Part shown: in pieces, positions 26,001-37,700 of the stretch
Numbering within the stretch: the first letter of the stretch is position 1
How the letters are laid out: each line of letters starts with the position of its first letter
Assembly: GCA_965112155.1 (NCBI GenBank)
Contig: OZ218102.1
Source: Podarcis liolepis
Lineage: Eukaryota
Strand: one strand, 5' to 3'
DNA: 64,000 nucleotides
Notes under the pieces: model-generated
Seen by the model: only the letters and a program-made list of their open reading frames with translations
What the model was told of the DNA's origin: nothing
Database searches by the model: none
Position numbers and translations under genes: made by a program

Positions 26001-29000
26001 CTCCAAAATAGTATCAGTTCCAAAAAAGGAATCTGCAATTTTACACAACTCTTTTTCTGAAGTAGAAGGCCTCATGGAGGCTGGAGGCATTTTAAGTTTG
26101 TGTTCTTGCAATGCAATGGCTGGTTTTAAAACTCTCTTTTGTCTCTCTTCGCCTTCTCTTTTCCCCTCTTCAAACTTGTACTTCAGACTTGCCAGAGAAC
26201 TACTACCAATGTCATTCGTCAAATAATCGATGACTTTAGTCAAGTTATAATCCTTTTCAGATACAGCCTTCGCTTTAATTTGCACCTTTTCAGGAATAGT
26301 TATAGGAGGATATGTCATGCCTTGCCGTCTTGCTTCATCAATCTCATCTGCACTGAACTCTACCCATTCATCCTCAGAAGAGTGTCCTTTATCATTTTTT
26401 GATAGCTTGGTTGATGCTTTCTTTTCTAAACACACATCTTTTTTCAGTATCTCACTAACTTTTACTAAGTCCTCTTTTACTTTCTCAACAATTTTAAAAG
26501 GTTCTTCATCATCTATTCTACCCTCCTTTGTTAGTTCTGGCTGGAATTCCTTGTCCTCCATTACATCTGTCTGCAATATCGCTGTCATTCTTATTAGGTC
26601 CTCTTTCATCTCAGCCACATCTTTTAACATCTCCTGACTAGAAGATAAAGAAGATGGTACGGACAACTTAAGAGCAGAGGGTGCTAAAAACAAGGATGAT
26701 TTTATAGGAGATGAGGTTCGGTTAAAGTGAGGCTGTGTGCGTGTCTCTGTAGTCAATGTTTTAATAGGCGATAGCAACGCAGCTGCCGATTTTGTAAGGG
26801 AAGATGACTCTGGGAGCTTCTTTAGTGCTGGTTCAGACAAAACATTGACTACAGAATATACTGGGACTGTGATAGTTGATGAAGTTACTGACGAGGTAGT
26901 TGCTGATATTGACCCAAGAGATGTGTACAATACACCTGCAGGAGTAGTTCTTATTGACTGAAAGGCTGATGGAGTTGAAGACACATGCGACCTGAGTGGA
27001 GAAAATGGGGTTGCAGTAGTGGTTGGAAACATTTTCTCAACAGTATCAGTTGCTGCGTTAACAGCACAACTTGCAGAACTGGTTGCTGCAGTGATCTTGT
27101 CTTGAAATGTGGCTGTGGCTTTAGCTCCATTGATTAAATTGGCAGGGGACGGATATTTCAAAGGTGACATGGATCCGTTAACCATGGCTACCTCTGTATG
27201 CCCGACTGTGTGTTTCACAGGGGAAGTGAGGGATGAAGCCATCGTGACCTTAGATGGTGAAACAGCATCAACTGCTGACTTAGCAGGAGACACCACTGAC
27301 TTTAAAGGTGAAGATAAAAGCGGTGATGCTGATGTGATGATTGACTTAAATGGCAAACTTGAAGAGTACATGTTAATGTTCGATTTGGGGGATGCTGGAG
27401 GCGTCATGGTAATGGATGATCTCTCCAAAAGAGACCCAGCTGTAGTCACTGGAGATGTCCGAGAGGGGAATGCGGATGCCAGCCCTTTCAAACTAGTGGC
27501 TTCTGTTACTGTGGGTGCTCTGACGAAAGAACCAGAAGAGACTTGGATATTATATGGAGGCTGTGAGACCACGGTTTTTATTGGAGAGGAGATTGTCCGA
27601 AATGATCTAATTGGAGAAGCTACATCGCTAACAGATTTAATTGAAGACGTAGTGGAGGCTCCTAATGTGGATTTGATTGGTGAAGCAGAAGAAACGGACC
27701 ATATTGATTTTAATGGAGAAGCTGTTGGAGTGTTAGAGGAAGAGCTTGATAGAGAAGTGAAGCCTGATTTGGAATGCCCAGGCACAGTAATTGGTGCTGT
27801 TGTCCAAGACTGATACGGTCTTGCTGAAAAGAATGGCTTGTATGAATAGGTAGCAGGTAGGGATCTTGTTGCTCCTGCACTTCGTTCAACTGTTTCTTAA
27901 ATTGTTAAACCAAAATAATCAAACGTAAAAATCAACAAAAATGATTGAAAAACAGAGAGACCAGAGAAGAAAATTGGTCAGTAAACGTTGTAATATTACA
28001 AAAAAAGCAAGTACAACTGTTTGTATGAATTAGAATGAAGTAGGTAAAATCAACAGCTAAACAGGTAGGGAAAAATAGGAATGAGTCACATAATTATGGA
28101 TGATCCAAAATTAAAAAAAGAAAGAAAGAAACCAACATGAAATGAAAGACAGGAAAGCACAAGGCAACCGAGTCTGCAAACAATAAAAGAACAGAAAACA
28201 CATAGAAGGAAGTCCATTATGGTCCAAAGTAATAGCCACAACCAAAAATTCTTCTCTTACTTCCTATTGACTTTCTGATGTGCTAAAGTTAAGATATTAA
28301 GTATCTCAGCTCCATTTTGCCTGTTATCAGTATGTCTTTGCTTTGTGCAAGTATCAAAATTATCCTCTGGAAAATTTCTATCATTATATCCTTTGCAGTT
28401 TCATTAATACATTTTATATTTACTGTATAGCAGTTTCGTTAACACAAAACGGTGTAAACTTGTGCAAATGACATTGAGTAGCTAAAGTCTGCTTTGAAAA
28501 CCACTCCGAACTATTTCATGCAGAACCCAAAATACCTTTAAGGTGACAGGCAATTGATGTGCAAACTGTGAAGCAACGGGAATATAAGTCAAAACTTTCT
28601 CTCTCTCCCATGCACATTTTGTATATGCTTCACTCTCACAAAGCCAATAAGAGCAAGACCTTTTCTGACTCAAGGATTAAAAGAACCAAAAAAAGGGGGG
28701 GGGGGAGCTTTTTGCATTTGTTGGCTTTTTCATGCGATATTCCTTTTACTTGGTAAAACTTAAAAGATAAAAAGCTTCACATAAAATGACTTTAAGAAGC
28801 ATTTGTCATACATAAAAAATGGGAAATACGATTAATGAAAAAACGTGAGCAAGCAAAGCAACCAAACTTTAAATTTTATTCATGCATGGTTTATCATGTC
28901 AAAAACAAGCACATGGAATAAAACAGTTTGCATGGTGTACTATGCAAAATATACAAATGTTCAAAAATCTTTCCACAGGAGGCATTTAAAAAGAAGAGTA

Positions 29001-29306
29001 CACTTTTTCTACAAGGTGTAGTGTCTTGGTACCTTTTGAAGACAGTTTTCCTAGCAGTTCAAGGAAAGCAAGCTCAACCTTCCCTATCACAAAATTAACA
29101 GGGGGCTTCCAGAGAGAGGGACTTTTCTGTGGTAGCACCATGGTTACCAAACTGCACCCCTGCCAGTCAGGGTCATCTGATGTTGTCTTCACTGTCTTCA
29201 GTTGCCAGTTGAATCCATCTTGTCTGCCCATAGAAAGTGTCAATACTAATGGAAATTGTTAGAATATTGGCTGCTGATCTTAATGTGCTGTTTACATTTT
29301 TGAAGA

Positions 29307-29364
<58 letters not shown>

Positions 29365-31711
29365 TTTATAATGTGTTTTTATAACTTGCAAGCTGCCTGG
29401 AGACTATTTTCAAAAAAAAAGACGGGATATATATTTAAAAATAGCTAAGTAAATACTTAGCTGGGAATGTCAACTCTAGGAAGCTGTAATTTGAGATTAA
29501 CATCACCAGTATCTTTTAATATAGTAATGACTTTCAGAACTCCAGTATTTTAAGTTACCAGTGGTGGCCTTCTCAGAGGAATAGCAGAAGGATTTTCCTT
29601 CTCTATTTTCAACGCCAGCTGCATGTTAAAGCAGCTCCAGGCAGGGTGTACTGAGGCAACTCTTCCCCAACACACACACACACACACACACACACGTATT
29701 TGTTTGCTTTCCCAGCTGTGGGCTTGCTTTGATGGCAGTAGCTGGCTACATCTGAAAAACCAAATGCCATTTAATTTTCCTAGATGCCCTGGAGTGACAC
29801 TACATTGGACGCTCGAGAGCACTGGGGAATGCACAATGGCAGGTGCCTTCCCAGCCACTGCCAGCAGGCAAGCCACCAGCTGGGGAACTTGGTAGACGCA
29901 GGTGAGGCCCAGGAGCTGCTTGAAGATGCTGGGCGCTTCAGTGTGTCTTCAGCTAATGCCTTTACACCAACAGCCAGTTGTGCAGTTTTTCTCCCCTCCC
30001 CCTTCCTGTAAGGGACTCCATGCAAATGGGTGTCATTATGGGGAAGCTGGCTCACATAGTCTTTGATGTAAAGAGGGGAGGCAAGGGGAGCGGCACTTGC
30101 CTGCTTCTCTGATTTGCAAGGGCCACCACTGGTCATGTTATGACCCATGGCAGAGTTCTTTTGTCACGAATGCTTAAATGGTAAAACACAGAAACACATT
30201 AAGGCACAATCTCTTCACTAGGAACTAGCATGGAAACAAAAATACCTTCTCAGCGCAGCTTTGTCTGACATTACTCTGATATTATTTCAAACAAACTTTT
30301 GCCAGTTTTTTTAAGGCAAACAATAGTTATGTACAAAATAATCAACTGTAAAGAGTAAGCATTGGTAGACCAGCTTCTCTAAGAGCTGTCCATTGTACAG
30401 TGGGAAATTATGTATACATTTTCCCACTGTACAGTGAGTAGTAGTTTGAAAATTTTGTACATTGGTTCTACTTCATTTGTATTTACATTTACAACACACA
30501 CATACTAACTCTGGATCAACATGACAAGTTAAAAACCTACCTGTTGGGATGGTGGCTGATGGAAAACATGCTGAGTCCCAGTCAGGATCATATTCCCTAA
30601 TTGCTCCCAAAGTTGCTATTTACTGCAGACAACATCTTTGCAGGTAAACAGCCACCAAGAGACAATTCTGATTCTGGGCCCTGATTCTGACTGAGGTTCC
30701 ACCCAGCTGTTTTTCCTTTAAAATAAAGATTCAGCACATTTTAAAAAATGCATTTCTAATGTAAAATATTGTTTGGCTCTCTGCTACAGCCGTGTTAGTG
30801 CCCATCTACTAACAAGCCAGGTTCAAGGTCCTTGCATTAATTTACGAAGCCCTGAACAACTTAGGTCCAGGGTTCCTCAGGGACCACACAACTTGATCAC
30901 TCTAATCATCTGCAGAGATGTTGCTGGACATTCCCTAAATGTGTGAGGTTGGTTTGGGGAAAAAATGCAACAAACAAACATATAAAGAACATTTTAAAAA
31001 CAGCTCATCTGTTTGGCAGTGCAAACTACTACAGTGAACAGTGAACTCTTAAGTGTGTAATTCTCTTCTACATTCTCTTCAGAATTCTCTTCAAAAGTGT
31101 TTTTGATCTGTGTTTTGCTGGTCAATATGTTACTAACTCCATAAAACTTACTATGATTTAACCACCTCGTCTTATTAAAGGTAGAATAGCCTGTCTTCTT
31201 TTGCTATAGAAGTACCGATTAGGGATTCCACCCTAATGATCCTTTTAGTCCATGGATATTTCAAGAGACAAACTATGGTTTATTAGCCTGAATTTCCCAA
31301 GTTATCTGCACTCCAAAGGGTTCTTGGATAAATGGAGACTTTTGCTTGTTAAATCAGGCATTTTCCAATGACACCAAAACATGACATTTATAGAAAAAAT
31401 GTCTCTTCTTGTGAAAGATCAGTTTACAGCATTAGTAGGTTTGTTAAGAAACTCACTCATTCCAGGCTCAGTCAGATAGCTGTAGCGCTTACGTAAAGCA
31501 AGGGACACAAAGTTCTGTCGCCGGTCTGTTTTCTCGGTCTGTAACAAAGCATACTTCCGTTTGGTACCTTTAACATACAGTTGCTGCTGTCTAGACAGGT
31601 TTCTTTCTTTTAATTAATGAATTAACATTCCACTTTTCAAAATATTGTCCAAAGTGGCAGACAGAATATACCAATAATTCTTGTTCGTTTTTGTTTAAAT
31701 GGGAAACTACT

Positions 31712-31745
<34 letters not shown>

Positions 31746-34700
31746 ACACCCTTACATATTTTTAGATCTTCAGGAGAACTAATTGTGCCTTGGAGAAGAA
31801 TATTTGCAACTAAAGTGTGCTATGAGCTTATATGGAGAGTGGAGCAGTGACTTGCACTTCTTCAGCATAGCATTTTAGCCTATCACCCTATAAAGCAAAT
31901 CAGTCTCAAAGACAGGGCAACCAATGCCATGAAAGTGAAAGAGTATATTTTTGTCACACTTCCCCTACACACACTCCCCTTTCTATGAATGCCTCATTCA
32001 TTCATATATAAACTGCTTTGAGGTTTTTATTTACAATCAAGTGGTATAATTTTAAGAATAAAATAATAAAGTAAGCTAAGTTCAAATTACAGCCCAATCC
32101 ACTTCTATGATTTTAAAGTTATCCCTGCTCACAGACTCAAATTCCACCCGCCCGCCCCCAAATCCCTTATTTCTACCAAGCTTGCACCTGAAATTACATT
32201 TTACCAACATTCAAGTCTTGTAACCATGAGATGTGTGTTGTCTTTGAAGAATAGATTTACAAAGTTCTCATTTCATTGCTAAAGCTTCTTGAGCTTATTT
32301 GGAGAGAACAAACATTTTGAGGCCTTATCAGGTGCTATCCAAATCCAGGATTCAACCTCTTGGAGCAGGCTTTGGGCACACCCATTTACTCCCTTCTCAC
32401 AGGCTGAAGGGCATGAGGGTTCATGTTTTGTATGATCATGGGATCTACCTGACCTTATAAGACAAGTGAGTTCTGCCCCACAGGATCAGAGATCGTTTGT
32501 TAGAACAAACATAGGATCTCCCATTCACTAGCTGTTGTCTGTTCACATTGAGGGAAGCTGGGGAAGGCTGTGGGATGCAGCATGAGCCCAAGGCCTGCTC
32601 CTAATATCACCCCAGGTAGAATCCTGGAAAGAAAGAAAAACCAGTACTCTAACAGGCCTTGTGTCGTGAAAGAGATCTATGTATTCTTAAAGTGAAAGAC
32701 ACATGGCATTAAGATGAATGTTGGCAAAATGTAACACCAAAAACATTGTTAGTAATTTAGAGAACATATAAAACATGGCCAAATATCACACACCTGTTTC
32801 TTTAAGGAACCTTTGTGAGTTGCTAAGCCTTAATTTTTGTATTACAAAGCACCATCATTGTAAATCCCCCATATCATATAGCTAGCATTTTAGTAATTAT
32901 TTTTGGCACACACAAGGCTACAGTTAGACATGTAGAATATCACTATAGCTGTAACTTAGGCCAGCCAAATAAGTTCTTCAAAAATCAGTTTGTTGCAAAA
33001 GCACATATATCACAATGTACACCTACTTTAAAGGAACTACATAAAGGACAAAGATAAATAAATGAAAAGAGGAATGGACTGGGATTTTTATAAATATGCA
33101 CAAATGCAGGGATGCAGATTAGAAAGCAGGTTACAATCACTAACAGATTACAACTTGCTTCAAAAATCTCTATACAGGTTGTAGATCTGTTTTTAGTAAA
33201 GTTTCTAGTTGCTAATAGTGGGGTGTTTTTAAAGATATATATTTAGTTTGGTAAGAAAATAGGACAAGTCAAAAAGTACTTTTGGGTTTTTTTGTTTAGA
33301 CGACCAATACCCATGTTATAATATCTAAAGATGCTGTCCTGCTAAGCTCAATCACATTTTAAGGCCCTATTGATTTCAGTGGCAGAACAGAACACATGCT
33401 TAACTTCCCCCCACTGAGATTAGTGCTTAACTTTGCCTGAATCATGCTTTCATCTTCCTTTACAATGTGTCTCCCAGTGAACAAGAGAGTCATAAATTTT
33501 ACAGAGACAACAGTCAGAAACCATGAATCCCATGGTGCTGATCCATCTGCTTCCTCCAAGGGAGCAAGTGGCTTGCAGCTTCCAGTCAGGAGCCATTCTT
33601 CTAAAGGTAATTATTGCAGGACCACTAGGCCTGGAATACCCGAGCAAAGGATTTGCTGGGTCTCAGTTGCCTATTGGGTATTGAGAGGAGGGATGGACAG
33701 GCAAGACAATGTGGTTTGCTATATTAAAGAGGATTAAAAATACTGTCTAGCTGGAACTAAGGAAGTGGAAGGAAAATAGCTTCTCTGCTGGTCCTCACCT
33801 AGATGAATAGCAATGGGTATAATCAAGGGATCTCCTTCAAAACCTCATGCATGCATCCAGTGGTCTGTTTCTCTCTGGGTGTACAAGCTACTCCCGCAAA
33901 GAGGAGAGGGCAGAAAGCTGGGGTCTCTGTGTGAAGCAAGCATGCAAGAGCTCTCCATGACTGGTAAATGGTCAGGTGCTTTGCTGTGTGCAAAGCAGAA
34001 GACATAGTATATCTAAGGCTAGTGAAGAGTGAGGGCAGAGGGACAGAGGCTAGGCTCATATTGTTCAAAGCACATGTTATTGGCTTCATTTATTTGGTTT
34101 AGTAAATCTTTTTTGTGATACCATATATCTTTAATGGATAAGAATTCTGATTATAATAAAAGTAAAANNNNNNNNNNNNNNNNNNNNNNNNNNNNNNNNN
34201 NNNNNNNNNNNNNNNNNNNNNNNNNNNNNNNNNNNNNNNNNNNNNNNNNNNNNNNNNNNNNNNNNNNNNNNNNNNNNNNNNNNNNNNNNNNNNNNNNNNN
34301 NNNNNNNGAGCACAAAAAATGCAAGCTAATTTATAAAAGGCAAAACAAACCCAAAATGTCAACAGAATATAAATTAACAAACAAAACTTTACATCAAATG
34401 CAAATCAACACATGACATTACTAAAAGCATAAAGTATATGAACTGTAAGCTGAAGCATGAATTGTAAACGGAGGACCCGGTAATCAAAAATTGCAGAAAC
34501 GCAGCACCACAGTAACAAGTCTCAAAAAGCTTTCTGCATACATGAAAACATTAAGACATAAAACAGGCTTAATCAGATTGCAAAGCATTCGCATTACTAG
34601 TGGTTCATTACAATCAGCAAAAACAAAGAGAAAAAAGAAATTAAACTAGTCTTAGTGATCTTACCTTTTTGTGTGCTGGCAAGGTGATATTCAAATTGCA

Positions 34701-37700
34701 AACAGCTGTTTGCGGCAGACCCTTTGTAGTCTTTGGTTCTTTCAGAAATGATAAACGACCACAAGGTTCTTGGCTGGTGTCTCTAATCTATATATATATA
34801 AAATGTTCACACACTGGTTTGAAATGTTTACAGTCCTTTGGGTTCCGTTAAATTTAGTTTAGCTATTAGCTCTAATTTAAAAACAAAACACGCAAAGAAA
34901 CCCAAAAAGATAAGTTCCTTGAACCATACAATGGGAAGGCACCTGATGATAATCAGATCAAATGCCTTGTGCTGAAACAGGATCTCCAAACATTAATTCT
35001 CATCTGTCCTACACATTAATCCTCCACATTATTTCTACCACAGGGTGTCACAAACACAAAGCTAAAGCAATTACAAGGTGTCTGCATTATTCCAAGGACA
35101 GTTTAATAAGACTAGATGAAGTTGGCCAAACTCTGAGATTGCATTTAATTATCTAAAGCATTTATAGCCATCCTGCCTTTCCATCATAATAAGACCGGTG
35201 ACTTAAATTTTTAAAAAAGAAAACTTCTACAATAAAATCCAATAAAACCACAAAGTCAAACTGAGCCAATTGATAGTAGCAAAAAGGAAATACATTAAAT
35301 AAAAACATAATTGACAGCCCAGACATGCAATATCTTATTAAATTGCCAACTAATTGCCAAGTGGTAATATGGACCTTTCCCTGGTCACCATCTAATCTTA
35401 AGCTTCATGTTAATTATGTGAAAAGGTGGCATATGAACAAAATAAATCCATCCATCCATCAACATGGAAGAAAGTGGTCTTTCTGGCAACCTAGACTTAA
35501 GGCCAGAAAGAAAAAAACCTCCCATTTTTGTCTGGAAACAAATTAAAGTGCTTAAACTAAATCAACAAGGCAACAACACAAGCCACTCGGTGGCTGCATT
35601 TTCTCCTGTTTGGGAGACAGCATTCTGAAGGTATATTGTGAACACTGGCAACCTGGCTGGATGGATAACGTGGTAACTTTTTTGCATGTGGATATTGTGG
35701 TTATATAATTCTTCTTTTAAAGAACTGCCAACCATTTAAGGGGCTTTACAAACACATTTAAAATCCTAACAAAATCACAACTCAGAAGTAAAATTAAAAT
35801 GCAGCTGAGCAGCAGTCCATAATATATATATATATATTTTAAAGAAGCAGCTTGGTCTTTTAAACTTTGCCTAATAAGTGGTGGGTATTACAAAGCTTTC
35901 AAAATACTAGCAAGGAGGTAAACTGAAGCCTATCATCTTGAAGTTCATCCCAGAGCCCTGGAGCTCCTTTCTGCCAGCAACCTAATTTCCTCAGTGTACC
36001 TTAAGCAGGCCTCAAACCTGCCATTCCCAATTGGTGGGATGGGGGCTCACATCTCGTGGTAGCAATATGCCGTTGCACAGGTGAAGTGGATGGCGCACCT
36101 TTTCCAAACACCACAGACAAACAGAGGCTTTGAAAAACACACACAAACACACAAGGTTTGTCATCACGCAGGAACATTTTTCTCATTGTGACTGCTCCAG
36201 TGCAGTGTTACTTTTACCTTGATAGAAAATGGCAGTCTATTTTCTTTGAAAGCATAAAAATTAAATACAAGCTGCTGTCCTCCTTTTGTCAAAGGGGCTA
36301 GATTCCCGTAGCAATCCACATAAATAGGCTTTCCTTCCAAAACCTGTTGGGTCAACAATAAATCTGTTAGATCTATTTCCATGCCGAACTACTGCAATAA
36401 ACAGTAAGCATCCCAACTGTTAAATTACTATTTAAACCCACAGTTAACGTTGCCTTTCAACACGGCTTCACTGCAGTGTTTTCAACAGGAAGAGATGTGT
36501 GGTATGTTCTTTGGTGTGTGTGTGGGGGGGGGGGGAAGGTCACAGTCAAGACTACAGATATTTATTTCTAAACTGACCCTTCAACAGCCAGCTGGCAGTT
36601 TTAGCTAGGCAAAGCTCAGTTCTTTACTTCTTCTTTCTTTCTCTCCCCCCCCCCTAACTGATAAAAGGACTCATGGACAATGTGAAAGTAAGTTCACACA
36701 TTCCACTACTTGTTCGTCATGCCTAGGTCTACCAGGAAGAAAGGGGGTAAGCAATGCCCCAGTTCTGGAAGACATCAGCTGAATTACACTAGCATCTTAC
36801 TCCATTCAAATTAAATAAAATATTTTGAACAGATAGATTCATGTATTGGAAGCATTTGTTTAGCAAGACTGGACATATTATATCCATCCTTAGGCATCTA
36901 TGCTCAGGCTTATTGGACTCAGGTGTAGGAAAATTAAACTGACGATAGTCATTGTTTTGATATCTCTTGATACTTTACCAACAATGCAATCTTGAATTTG
37001 TTTAGAGACGCAGGAAATTTGTAACTGTCTTGACAGCTGTGAACAGACTGGTTTTAAAGTGCCTGAAATATCTGAATTGGCCAAGCTAACTGATAAACAC
37101 AGTGATGTATACTGTATTGACAGGTTTATAGACACAATTTATTCTTTATTAGAATATCAACTGTAACTTTTAGAAAGCACCCACAAAGCCTGTAGATATA
37201 CAATAGGCCTTTAATGCAGAATGATGGTATACCTCAATATCTTTACTTCTTGCAACTTCTTCGAAGTTTTCTTGCTGCTCCAAAGTTTTGTCGACTTTAT
37301 CATCTGTCATGCAGAAGCAGCGCAGATTGGATTCTACCGCATCATTCATTTTGGCAAAAATGACAAACTTGGCCATGTAGGGAACACATATTAATTCCCT
37401 ATAAAGCTGTGTGGCCAACCCGACAGTTTCGTGAACTTGATGGCAGTCTGCTAGCCAAAATCTGGATGCACATACATAGATGTAAAGACCAATCAGTCCA
37501 TCTTCATACAATGGTGATTTCCCACCATAACTTTACTGTGGTTTGAACTACCTCGCCAGCTAACAGAACTAAGTCACATTCCTGGGTTTCTAACTTACTT
37601 TTTATTATATATACTTATAAATTATTTCTGGCAAAACTTAGAGGTGGCTGATCTGAGAACTGTCAGACAAAAAGCATGTTATAGACAGGTTCAATACAAT

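Noticed and set aside
27109-27813. 234-aa plus-strand ORF and many shorter plus-strand ORFs across 20600-27000
   Set aside because: Antisense shadows of the Ser/Thr/Pro-rich giant exon; no recognisable protein, promoter or splice support
29148-29245. Exon-like unit with branch point (ttctaac), ccattag acceptor and TTG|gtaacc donor
   Set aside because: 98 nt, frameshifting, peptide not recognised; it could be a poison exon but nothing distinguishes it from chance
30541-30555. Possible 15-nt microexon (ccatcag|CCACCATCCCAACAG|gtaggt)
   Set aside because: Good donor but short pyrimidine tract and no known counterpart; such patterns arise often by chance
34099-34415. ORFs containing runs of X
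   Set aside because: Artefacts of the N gap
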